From contig NC_090380.1 in the NCBI RefSeq assembly GCF_036365525.1, positions 109,577,942 to 109,641,941 on the forward strand: DNA of 64,000 nucleotides. Direction: 5' to 3'. The position numbers were made by a program, and so were the translations under genes. This DNA is from Heterodontus francisci. Taxonomy: Eukaryota. Below are positions 50,136 through 62,240 of this stretch, piece after piece. The notes under the pieces are model-generated. The model worked only from the letters and a program-made list of their open reading frames with translations. It had not been told where the DNA came from and did not search any database. Within the stretch, counting starts at the first letter, position 1. Each line of letters opens with the position of its first letter.

Positions 50136-52005
50136 AGTAAAGCATGGAAAATTTCACAAAGAGATGGTTCTAGTGGCCCAGGAATGCGGCAGAGAAAGGT
50201 GGGTAGACCCCAGCGAAGCAGATCATTCACCCAGCCTCCAACTGTGAGGCGATAGGGGATTCCCCACCCCAAGCAGCAGCTCACACCTCCTCCACTCTCT
50301 GGTGCAGCCATTCTCCATTACCAGTATTGCTGTCGGAGTGGAAATGGGAGCAGTGATTAAAGTCATGTTGGAAAGGCCTATGGGTCAAAGGTAATGCTAC
50401 AACACTGTCATATTGATTGGCCTTGACCTCTCTTATCTCTCACTCCCTTCTCTCTCCAGAAATGAATCTAATTTGTACTTTTATCATTAGTTGAAATCTG
50501 TTCTTCAAGACGGGGCTATTCAGCAATGCTGACCCTTATTACTTCGGAGCATGATTTTGTCAGCTTTATTCCTCATACAGAATAAATCCTCCTTCCCTGC
50601 CGGGGCAAGAAGTGGCAGACCTGGAAATGGGACTTGGGAGCAAGCAGGCATTGTTGGGGATTTTTCAGAAAACATAGCTTCTTGCTTTACAAATTGGTAC
50701 TTTCTAATTTAAAGACAATTAACGGCATAGGTCAGACAATAAAGATGAAGAAGTAATAGAAATAACATGGATGTGACCAATAATCCGAGCCAACTGTCAA
50801 TTAGGGCACAAAAATGCAGATCTGACCTGAAGCTGTCAAGTGTAGGAGTCCACTGTTAAGTGAAACAAATGGGAGTCAGACATACCACATAAGAGATTGT
50901 CCTTACTCAACAAACTAATTACAAGAACATCATTAGATATTAATCAATAATCAATTAAGAACACTTCAAACCAGCGTGCTGCAGCTGTGTCTGTCTACTA
51001 ATGTGGTTCATTGACTCCCAAGTACATGTTTGGGAGCTGTAATTGGTATGTGCTCGACATCTGTTTGCCTGATTGACAACCAGTGCAGTGACCAATTAAA
51101 GAGACACTGTCTTCATGCAAAGAAGTGCCTGGCGACCTAGAAGTTCTTCAGATGACAGACGTCAGGGCTGGAAAATAAAACACCTTCCATTTCAGAGCTA
51201 ACCCATGTTAGGGTCAAGCCTTCTCAGATCAGGCGTACGTAGGGTAAGACTTAGGCCAGCCTTCCTGTTGCTTTTCAGATGGAGATTGCTGAGATCGGTG
51301 TTAAATAAGGGCCAGTTTTATGCAATGGGTCTTGCAATGAATTGACTGATCGTCCAGGCTAAAATTGCTAAAATTCTCCTGTATTAACCCAAATTATACA
51401 GGCTTGTAATGTAAAGAGAAATGTTAAACCTTCCTTGTCATTGCTCATTGTGAAAGGTGAAGATAAATTCTCTCTTGCTCCCACTCCCACTCTTTTTGTT
51501 TGGAGATGGAGGCAGTAATAGAGGGATGGGTGTTCATCTACTACAGAAAGGCATGTGTTACATGGGAATTATGGCTCGGAATGTTGACATTGTGGGTCTT
51601 GAAATATAATACACTACAGTTTCTTAGGATTTAGGTGGTAATCATAGGAACTAATGCTGAAGGCAGAAGGGAGAGATGGTTGAGAGATCTTATTGTTCTG
51701 GTGATATTGAGGGACAAAATGTAATGTATTCCTATGTTATGAGCATGCCCCATGTCTGATTACATCATAAAACATGTGATCTGGCCAACTTGGTGTTTGT
51801 CTTTCTCACAAGTTCCTCCCATAACAGATTTTGACAACGAAATGGAATGAAAGTGCAAAATGATTTGTAGCAAATGGCAGTAAAAAAGCGAACTCCCAGT
51901 GACCTACCCACTAGGACGAAGATTTTCAACTAGATTGTGTTGAGCCTCATTGTTTCTGAAAATGTGTGGCAACACTCAGTTGAATTGAATCTGCAGTGTT
52001 CTAGT

Positions 52006-52485
52006 TAAAAGCCTGCTACCCGATCCGAACCCAACAGGACCCGACGACATGTGTTGGGTTCGAATCGGGTTGGGTCCCTCTTCCGGGTCCGGCTTTCGGG
52101 CTCGGGTCGGGCCGGGTCCGGGTCGGACACAAACAGTAAGTATTGCAATTTGCTCTGCTGGTAAGTGTCAGAAGTTGAAATGCCTACCTGAGCTGGGAGT
52201 CTGGGACGTCAAGGAGGGAAACTCTGAGTCTGCGCAGTGAGCGAGTGAGCATCCCTGTGATGTCATCGCATTCATGCTGCAGCTTCCTGCAGATTGGGAG
52301 TCGGAAGGTAGAGTCGGAAGGTAAAATGAACATTCTGGTGGTCGGGTCGGGCACGGGTCGGGTCGGCCTCGGGTCGGGTCGGGTGCAGGAAAAAATAGAG
52401 GGACTCGGGCCGGGCTTGATTCAGGTCCATTGTGGGTCTGTCGGGTTTGGGTCGGGTTTTTTTCCCTGACCTGCACAGGCCTTTA
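52006..52485. mobile_element. hAT-type non-autonomous element
   Basis: TIRs TAAAAGCCTG / CAGGCCTTTA; 8-bp TSD GTTCTAGT (51998-52005) / GTTCTAAT (52486-52493); subterminal TCGGG/CCCGA arrays. Confidence 0.8.
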
Positions 52486-52519
52486 GTTCTAATGTTTATC
52501 TGATTCAACGACTGACTAC

Positions 52520-55500
52520 ACTGGCTTTATCCCAGTCATGTGGATATTCATGACAGTATGTTCTAATCATCGCTTTGAGAGTCTGGTGAAATCTCTCTCA
52601 AGCTCCCTGTGATTGTGGGCGATATGCTGAAGATTTCAACTGTCTAATCCCCAAATTGCCCATGACTTCTTGAAATGTCCTAGATATGAAATTAGAGCCT
52701 TAATCTGATTGAACGTCTAGTGGCAACCCATAGCTCGTAAAGAATTGGATTAACGTTTTGACTACTACTCTAGCAGTAATTGTCCTCAAAGGAATGGCCT
52801 CTGGAAATGGAGTAGCCATATCCATGATAGTAAGTATGTATTGTTGCCCTGCTTTTGTTTTGAGCATGGATCCTACACAATCTACGAATACCCTGCTAAA
52901 TGGTTCCTTAATCACTGGTATGGGAACTTGTGGTGCTGGCTTTATGGTAGGTTGTGGTTTTCCCACCACTTGACAGGTATGGCTTGTCCTATAAAATTGT
53001 CTCACATCCTTTGTAAGACCTGGCCAGTAATAATGTTGGCTTTTGCATGATTTGGTCTTCCAAATCCCCCTATGTCCTGCAAAAGGAATTTTGTGTGCTA
53101 ACCTTAATAATCCTTGGCGATATTTAGCTGGTACCACTATCTGTTCAACAACTGTTCAGTCTTCATGGGCAGGCCTATGAGGCGGTCTCCATTTCCTCCT
53201 CAAAACCCTGATGGCCATATAATAGCCTTCCAGAACTCCTTTCACCTCAGCTCCTGACAGAGCCATCTGTGCTATTTGGTATATCTCTGGATCAGCTTGC
53301 TTAGCTGCAATGATGGATGATCTGTTAAACGTCTCATTTGGATTATCTAAATCCCCAAATATGGTTTCAGATACTTGACTATCTATTTGTTGTACCCCCT
53401 TTACCTCTGACAATGGATCCTGTTCAGCCATTGCTTGGGCAACAACACACCACAGGAAATATTCCTGGAACTTGTTCCTGTAATTGCTCAGTTTCCTTAA
53501 TTTCACTTGGTTCCTCTGTAATTATAGGAGAAACTGATACTTTTGATCCAGCCAAATCATTTCCTGAGAGTAGATCAATTCCCTTTACTGACAAACTGTG
53601 GACAACTCCTACAGTTACTATCCCAGATATTAAGTCACTCATTAGGCATGCTTTATACAAAGGTACGGGTATATACTCCCCGCCAATTCCATTAACTAAA
53701 ACTTTAGCATTCAAGGCACTCTCTAGTGGAAACCTCATATCTTTACCCAGCAAGAATGTTTGGGTTGCTGCTGTGTCCCTGAGTATAATGATAGGTTTTC
53801 CTGCCTCACTTACAGGATATGGAGTTACTCTCCCCTTTGACATCATTATAACTCTCAGGTATTTTGTTCTTAACCCCTACACTCACTCTAGTTTTAGTAT
53901 CTGGTTTTACAGCTGTTGTTAAAGCTATAGCCTCGTCTGCTATACACTCAATGAGAGTCCTTTCTTCTGCACTAGCCTTGTGTACCCCAACAAGTCCTAT
54001 GCCTTTTTGACCTGAGGAGGTAATCCTGGGTCATTCTCGGTTGTTTCTTCCTGTCCCCGGCTACTTGCCTTCCTTTCAATCTCCAACTTTCCTTCTCGGC
54101 TTTATGGGGGTGACGGACAAAAGAGGTTAGCTTATTCACAAGCTCAAAATCACAGCAATTTCTGCTGCTTACCGAGCTTTCAGAGCTTTCAGGTTATCTA
54201 TATGAGTTCTCACTACCGAAGGAATGGCGTTTTTAAACTCTTCTAAGATAATCAATTCTCATATCTCTATCTCTATCTCTAACGCCCATATCCAACGGTC
54301 AAAAGTAATTTGCTTTGCCCTCTCAAATTCTAAATATGTCCACCCAGCCAATTTTCATAAGTTCCTAAACTTCAGGGACTAACTCATACGCAGCGAGAAT
54401 AGCCTTTTTTGCCATTTCATAATCTACACAAGCTTCTTCGGGAAGTATGGCATAAACTTCATGAGCTCTGCCTACCAACCTGCCCTGCATAAGCAGTGTC
54501 CAGCTTTCTTTCAGCCATTTCATCTATTTGCCTATTTTATCAATAGATATGAAAAATACCTATATGTCCCTTTCCTCGAACCTAGGAAGAGCCTGTATAA
54601 ATTTAAACAACTTTTTGCTGGGTCCTGAGCTAAATTCAGATTCTTCCTGACCTGAATTTTCCCTGGATTCAAGACTATCCTTTAGTTTTAGTTCCATCTC
54701 TTTTAACTTAAATTCCCTCTCTTTCTCCCTTTCCTCTTTCTGGAATTCAAGCTTAAGTCTTTTCAATGCTATTGCTGTTTCTTTATCTTGTTCAAGTTTT
54801 CTTATTGTTTCTTCTTTTTCTTTTTCCCTTTCCTCTTTTTCCAATTCAAGTTTTCTTAATTCCTTTTCAGCCTCAAGTTTTTTCATTTCGAACTAAATCC
54901 TAGCCAATACCACTGCATCACTCTCTGGCCTACTACTTTCTTGTTCCTCATATTCTCCTTCATCAAATTCTTCTTCTTCTAATTCCAGACGTTGGGCTAT
55001 TATGTCAATTATCTCTGCTTTTTTGGCACCTAATTTCAATTCCAACCCCAATTTCACTGCCAATTCTTTTAACTTGTTCTTAGTTAAAGTTATCAAGTCA
55101 CTTAGGGAAATATTCTGCTTTCCCCAAAACTCTGCTGCAATCACTAATGCCATTACAATGGTATAGACTGTACCTTATTTTACAAGAGACCTGGTTCTTT
55201 TTATTTCTTTGTAATTGGCATTAGATTTAGATCCCAACAATAGAGTTTCCAATTTCCCCCAATTTAAATGTGTTATCCCAGAAACGAGTAATTAATATGA
55301 TTCTAAATGCCGACCTTTCAAATTAGTCTGATTCTGATCCCAGACGCGAGCTGCTTAATTAAAATATGATTCAATTGCGCGCGAGCCTCCAATTAATATG
55401 TTACAACACGACTGCTCAAGACAACGCCCCCAATCATAATATATGATTCTGATTGTGGTAGGAGCAATGCACTGTCAATTCAGTCCCGTCACTCCATAGA

Positions 55501-56202
55501 TCGCCAAACATGTCACTTCAAACTTTCCAAATTAAAGAAAGTCACAGCTGAATTAAACCATCTATTAACCCCCGAATGAGGTGAACCAAACCATGTATCT
55601 TTAGATCAACAAATTAACTGTTTATTAGAAAAAACTAAATTCGTAAACACTACTAAGACAAATAGGAAAATACACAGTCCTTGCAGATTTACACTTCCCA
55701 AAGAACTCTGATTCAAAGTCCACTCGCAATCTTCCAGGGTCCGATGAGGGAAGGAAAACAGTTCTAGTCCACTCGTAATCTTCCAGGGTCTGATGAGGAA
55801 ATGAAAACAGTCCAACATCCGAAGCTTCAAACTCCTCTTTCTTCCAGTGATGACCACAGCAGATCAACAACTCACAACCGCTTTCAAAAGAATCAATCTG
55901 GTCTCAGAATTTTGAGGGATAAACAATAATCACAGTTTAAATTCATCCTTCACGTTTAAATTAACAGAGGTCTCTGTTCAGTTCATGCTAGCCCAGCTGT
56001 CTGTCTGTTAGAACAGTCTATCTCAAATAATGAGCCAGTTTAAAAGTCAATTGCAACATTGTATATCGATCCTCAATCTCTGAGTGGCTGTATCCAAGGC
56101 ATCCAGGATGTAACTTCTACAGATGGCTTGTTCTTAAAGTAGTACTGATCCTTTGCTGTCTTAAAGACACATCACAGTTTCCAAAAAAAATGCATCATGA
56201 CA
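52520..56202 (-). mobile_element. Gmr1-like Gypsy LTR retrotransposon, 3'-truncated (LTR-gag-PR-IN)
   Basis: Gag 54893..55153 and 54560..54886; protease ILRDTAATQT (53424..53846); integrase H...H..YWP..TCQ and VFVDCVG..VQSD (52700..53137). Confidence 0.88.
55399..56202 (-). repeat. 5' LTR of the Gmr1-like element
   Basis: TGTCATG...TGTAACA on the minus strand, followed by TGGAGGCTCG (tRNA-Pro-like PBS). Confidence 0.6.
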
Positions 56203-59020
56203 CGATACTGAGAGTACAGTTCAGTTGAAAAACTACTCTGGTGAGGTGTTAGAAATGTGTGGACAAATGGAGTGCAATGTCCAATGTAAGGGCAAATCTC
56301 TCAAGTTACCCACTGTTGTAGCGAGCTATGTCAACAAACCAACATAAATGGGCAAAGACTGGCTTTGTTCGCTGAGCTTAGACTGGAAGTAGGTTTTCCA
56401 AGTTGAGACAAACAAGAAGCTTGATCAGCTTTGGAATAATTACAGAACATTTTTGAAGATAGTTATCAGGGTCTAATCGGTGTGAAGGTGTACATCCGAA
56501 TTAGGCCTGATGCAAAACCAGTATATTGCAAAGCTACACCAGTTCCTTATACTTTCAGAACCTACGTTGAAGAGGAGCTAAAGAGGCTAGAGAGAAATGC
56601 TGTACCAGTGAAAACTGATCACAGTGATTGGGCAACCCCAATTGTATAGTGCCCAAATTAGAATAAATAGTAAGACTATGCAGGGACTACAAAGTCCCAA
56701 CCAACCAGGCAATGGATGATGAGAAGTATCCACTATTGACCTCTCAACATTTGTATGCTGTGTTAGTGGGATCCAAGCAACTCACAAAGTTGGATTTGTC
56801 CCACCTTATGCACTGCTCAATGTGGATTGAGAGAGTCAGCAGCATCTCATGATCAACACACATAGGATTATATTCTTACATGGTGTGAAGTCTTCTCCAA
56901 AAATTATCCAAACTACCATGGATAAGATTTTGCAAGGAATGCTACATTGCTTGTGCAATCAGGATGATGTGTTGATCATGACCTCAACAATCTTCATGTG
57001 TGAGGGATGCAGTGTTAAAAAGGCACAATGATCATAATGTGAAGTTGAAAAAGAGCAAGTGTGCTTTCATGCAATCTGAGGTAGTAAACAGGAGGGTATT
57101 GAGAGGGGTAGAAGAAGTGAGAGACCTTGGAGTGCATGTCCACAGGTCCCTGAAGGTGACAGGACAGGTAGATAGAGTGGTGAAGAAGGCATATGGAATG
57201 CTTTCCTTTATTGGCCGAGATATAGAATACAAAAGCAGGGATGTAATGCTGGAACTGTATAAAATGCAGGTTAGGCCACAGCTGGAGTATTGTATACAGT
57301 TCTGGTCACCACATTACAGGAAGGACATAATTGCTCTTGAGAGAGTACAGAGGAAATTTACAAGAATGTTTCCAGCGCTTGAAGGTTGCAGCTATGAAGA
57401 AAGATTGGATCCAGAATAGGCTAGGGTTGTTTTCCTTAGAACAGAGGAGGCTGAGGGGTGACATAATTGAGGTGCACAAAATTATGAGGGGCCGAGATAG
57501 AGTAGACGGGAAGGACCTGTTTCCCCTAACGGAGAGGTCAATTACCAGAAGGGACAGATTTAAGGTGATTGGTAGAAGGATTAGAGGGAACATGAGGAAA
57601 AACCTTTTCACCCAGAGGGTGGTGGGTGTCTGGAATTCACTGCCAGGAATGGTGGTGGAGGCAGAAATCCTTAATTCATTTAAAAGGTACCTGGACATGC
57701 ACCTGAAGTTCTGCAAGCTGCAAGGCTATGGACTAGGTGCTGGAAGGTGGGATTAGATTGGATGGCTAGTTTCTATTTTATTTCTTCTCGGCCGGCATGG
57801 ACATGACAGGCTGAATGGCCTCCTCCTTAATGGCCATAATGTTTCTATGGTTCTATGGCTTCAAATCAATGAGAAAGGATTACAGCCAATGAAAGAAAAG
57901 ATAAAGGCTATAATCAATGCCCTAAAGCCAAAAGATGTATCTGAGGTTAGATCTTTTCTGGGCATCGTCCAACACTACTCAATTTCTGCCTGAGCTTGCA
58001 ATGGTTTTAACTCCACTACAGGAGTTGTTGAAGAAAGAAGTGAAATGGAAATGATTTAAAGCATAACAAGATGCTTATGATGCATGTAAGAGAAGCTTGA
58101 CCAGTGATGCACTACTTGTTCATTACGACAAAAAATGTGACCTGAAGCCAGCACGTGATGCTTCAAACTATGGAGTTGGAGCAGTGATCAGTCACGTCAT
58201 GGATAATGGTCAAGAGAAGCCCATAGCATTCACATCATGTATCCTGACCAAGAGTGAACGTAACTACACATAGATAGAAAAGGAAGTGCTTGGAATCATC
58301 TTTGGAGTCAAAAGGTTTCACCAATTTTTGTTGGATTGGACCTTTATGCAAGTTACAGATCATAAACTCCTAGTAGCTATTCTGGGTCCAAAGTCTGTAA
58401 TACAAACAATGGCAGCGTCAAGGATACAGCGGTGAGCTGTACTTCTCACATGTATGACTACAACATTGAACATCATAGTTCAAAGGAGAAAGCTTTCGCT
58501 GATGCATTGTCGCATTTCCTGCATGAAGATTCAAAAGTAGACTGTGAAGATGCAATCTTCGCAACAGGAGTTGTGGATAAGGACTTTCAAATCACCTCAA
58601 CTGAAATTGCAGATCAAACTCAGAAAGACCTAGTTTTAATCTGAGTTCTACGAACAGACTTTGAGTGGTTGGACAGAGTTTGACCAGCATGCAGATGATG
58701 AACAGAAACCATTCCACTATTAATGTAACGAGTTGTCATGTGAACAGGGATGCATTAAGTGGGGTCACAGAGTGGTATTACCTAGTTCTTTAAGAGACAA
58801 GATTCTTGCAGAACCTCATACTGAACACACAGGGTATAGCTAACGTGAAATCTGTATCCCGCACTTTTGTTTGTTGGCCTGGTTTAGACGGTGATCTAGA
58901 ATCATTGGTTAGCAAATGTATCATTTGTCAAAAATGCAGGAATAAGCCGCCAAAAACACCTTTACAACCCTGACTATCGGTGACTCATCCATTTCAAAGA
59001 GTCCATGTAGATCATATGAC
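56203..59020 (+). mobile_element. Degraded Gypsy pol (RT-RNaseH-IN), conventional order
   Basis: KPVYCKATPVPY, SDWATPIV, DASNYGVGAV, RNYT*IEKE, VTDHK, PFQRVHVD motifs with many stops. Confidence 0.85.
57085..57857 (+). mobile_element. CR1 3' fragment inserted into Gypsy RT
   Basis: ORFs 57000..57419 and 57331..57756; tail ttctatggttctatg. Confidence 0.88.
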
Positions 59021-59078
59021 CCCAGCAAAACTTAAGGATGAACTCTGATAAAGGTCACAGACTTAAAACGTTAACTCT

Positions 59079-60940
59079 GGGCTGAATCTTACATTGGGCG
59101 GGAGACTCCGCCCACCGGCCGAAAAGCCAGGGTTTAGCCTGCCTCCACCAGCCTTGGGGAGCCACGCCAGGATTGTTCCCTCCCCTGGCCCTTAATTGGC
59201 CTTGTGGGGAGGGGATTCCCACCTTCTTGAGGCAGGAAGTCCTGCCGAATAAAGCTGCTGGCCAATCAATGGGCAGACAGCTCTTAGTCCCAGCATCGCA
59301 ACCGGGAGCAGTGACCAGTGCTGGGACTGCACCCAGCCCACAGAAGCAAGAAGCACGACAGCCCCGGAACTAAGGTAAGTTTCTGGGGCCTCACCAGGGA
59401 CAATTGGCCGGGCCCCAGCAAAGCAAGGCAGGGTCAGTCAGAGTGGGTGTGTTGTGCAGTGGGGACAGTTGGGCCATGGAGGAGGGGGTGGCCCTCCATG
59501 GGGCATAGGGAACCTGATCATGAGGTCCCCCCCCCACTAGCCCGCAAGAAGGCTGCCAAAGTGGACCATGTCCAGAGGGACACGATGTTCAAACTTCTGG
59601 ATAAAGGGGGAAAAAACGTACCCAACATTGCCCTCATCCTGATGGTCACCTTTGTGTGCGGCTGCATCAAGCTGTGCGTACAGCCCCAGTACGCAAACAC
59701 CAAGTGTCACTATGTGCTGAGGTTCTATCTGTCCCCGGTGTTGCGAAGGATGGGTTTGGCCACATTGCCGTGGAACGCTCCATCAAGTTGGACTGTGCCG
59801 TACCACCTATCCTTCCTGGAAAAGTTTCTGCAGAAAAACACCTTTGACCACCAATCTATCAGGCAGTGGTCTGCACGGAATGTCCTCAAGGCCCTACAGG
59901 AAAAAGAGATGGTGGATCCTGTCAGATGGTTCCCTGAGCAGACTTCCAAAGTGATTTGGCAGAATGCCTCATCACCAGAACTTTCAAACAAGCACCAAGG
60001 TGTAGCTTGGCTGGTGGTGAGAAGGGCCCTCTCTGTCAGATGCTTCCTGCACGCTGGGAATCTCACCGTCTCTGCACGCTGCCCTCGAGGTGGCTGTGGT
60101 GGGGGAGAGACCATTGCCCACCTCCTTCTGGATGTGCCTTTGCAAAGCTAGTCTGGAAAGAGATGCAGTGGTTTTTGTCGAGGTTCATCCCAAGTAGCTC
60201 TGTAACTCAGGAGTCTGTGCTCCACAGTCTGTTCCCAGGGACGTATATCTAAATAAATATCAACTGCTGCTGGAGGACCATCAACTCAATGAAAGATGCT
60301 CCTTGACCTGCCCAAAACTTGCTGGTCTTCTAATGCAAAGAATTGTCCACGACCAAGTGTTGCAGACTGGCACATTCCAAGGTCCAGGATCATGTGCTGA
60401 GGGACGCACTAATGCTTGGGGCAGACGCCGCAAAGGCTCAATGGGGAAAGGCCACTGTGTCAGGTCCTCCCGCTATAGTGAACCGAGGGGCTGGAACCTG
60501 TGTAAAATCCCTCAGGCTGTATGCACCAAAATATGGTTTTGCTGTAATGCAAATCTACATTGCAGGTAAAATGGAATGGAAGGGTTGTGAGGCAACTCAC
60601 GTTCTGTATTGAAGAAAACTAATTTCTTTTGCAATCTCTGGAATGTCAACTTGGAACTGTTTTGTAATGTATTTTTTTTTTACAGATTTTTATGAATAAA
60701 GTATGTTTTTGGGAAAAAAAAGCAAAAAGGCTGCCAGGTGGTTAATTGACCACTTAAGGACCTTGATTAGCCTGGGACAGATGGGCCATTTCTCTCCACT
60801 GCCATCCCATATAAAATTGCAGCAGGGGTGGGAAGGTGTCAGGAATGGTAGCCCCTCCCACCCCCAACTGCCTCCCACTCAATTTTATGGCTCCCCACCA
60901 TCTCCAGCCCGCTCATGTGGGGAGCCATAAAATTCCAGCC
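59079..60940 (+). mobile_element. GC-rich MITE-like element hosting a Tx1 insertion
   Basis: Termini GGCTGAATCTTA / TAAAATTCCAGCC; shared core. Confidence 0.65.
59559..60726 (+). mobile_element. L1/Tx1-clade LINE 3' fragment
   Basis: KGG..VPN, CPRGGCGGGETIAHLLL zinc-knuckle region, AATAAA + A-tail; TSD AAGGCTGCCA at 59549-59558 and 60727-60736. Confidence 0.82.
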
Positions 60941-62014
60941 TCTGTCTGTCTGTCTGTCTCTCTCTTCACAGATGCTGACGGATTTGCTGAGGATTTCCAG
61001 CATTTTCTGTTTCTTAATTTATTATTTATTGTCATCAACTTATTCTTTTCTGAAAAAATTATTTTGCCAGACTTTTTAAGGTATTCTCTATTCTGAAATG
61101 CATGTTGACAAAAACTAAGTTGCTCTCAGAGTCCCACAGCTACTCTGATAAAGGTCTTGTTAAATGGCATCGTATACATGAAGAAAATTCAAATGGAAAA
61201 ATACAAGCAGAAATTGAGATAGAGACAAATTATTCTATGTTGTAGTTAGTGTTTTGAAAATTAGATCAGAAACGGAGCTACATTAATACTTCACAGTTTG
61301 ATTACCAGGACCCTGACAGGTGTGATCCGCACCTGACAATCATTTTAGCTGAATGATTCTCCGATCAGAAAACCTTCTAAATCTCTGTAAGGATGAGCAA
61401 GGACAATAGAAGAAGACATAAACCCAGACAATTGCTTTACAAAGAGCTCTCGGCTCCCGTCAAATCATTTAACATTCCTCAGTAATGACACATTGTTTGG
61501 TACATGCCAAGTGGGAATTGCCTGTGAAAAGATATATCAGCAGACAGACGACACCACTAAAAACTGGTTATCTGGTCATTCATTCGGTTGCTATTTGTGA
61601 AACCCAGCTGTGCATTAATGGCCTGCTTATTTTTGTGGTCTTCATTCTCAGGTTGCCTACTCTGGTTGGGCATACTCCTGGAGATTTCATCACATGACCT
61701 GCCGCCTTGAACCACCTCATTCCCCACTCTTCCGCCATTTGTCCATCCTCCAGGGGCACTGCCTACCCACAGCCAATTGGGAAGGGAACAGACACTTTGT
61801 TACCCAATTGGATTCATCTTGACTGTGAGCTCTTTTCCCACTATTTCCCATATTGTTGCAATTGATGAATGAAAATGTTCAAAGAAAATGAAAATAAATC
61901 ATAATTTTGTCTCATGCCCCCATGTCTTTTCTTCTGAGTTGCTTATTGCAGTGCCCTGGATATTAATCTTCAATTCCTGGAGACTCCAGGACCATCCTGG
62001 AGGGTTGACAACCC

Positions 62015-62240
62015 TATTCCCTGGATGTGGGCATCGAGAGCAAGGCTGGCATTTATTTTCCATCCCTAGTTGCCTTTGAGGAAGTCATGATGGTCACCTT
62101 CTTGAACCCCTAAATCACAGTGGTTTGATACAACTGGGTGGCTTGCTAGGCTGCTCCACAGGTCAGTTAGGAGTCGACCGTGTTGGTGTGGGACTCGAGT
62201 CACATGTAGCTCAGGTCAGGCAAACTTCCTTACCTAAAGC
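62015..62240 (-). mobile_element. Non-autonomous head+tail derivative of the tRNA-headed LINE
   Basis: Same bipartite junction as the 11575 and 26640 copies. Confidence 0.6.

Larger units (their letters stand above)
59040..61020 (+). mobile_element. Penelope-like repeat split by a MITE (59079-60940)
   Basis: ctgataaaggtcacagacttaaaacgttaactctg resumes as tctctctcttcacagatgctg after 60940. Confidence 0.65.

Noticed and set aside
49726-50311. Pro/Ser/Leu- and Gly/Glu/Arg-rich ORFs
   Set aside because: Translation of a polypurine tract that lacks stop codons.
50581-50696. Plus-strand AG...GT exon candidate (NKSSFPAG...)
   Set aside because: Weak donor (GTACTT), no recognisable homology or partner exons.
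52020-52470. CRISPR-like or satellite array
   Set aside because: Irregular pentamers inside a TSD-flanked hAT element; no repeat-spacer structure; eukaryotic context.
57000-57419. Apparent Gypsy-CR1 fusion protein ORF
   Set aside because: Chance in-frame junction of a CR1 insertion in a dead Gypsy RT; 31199..31528 and 59318..60151 are similar junction artefacts.
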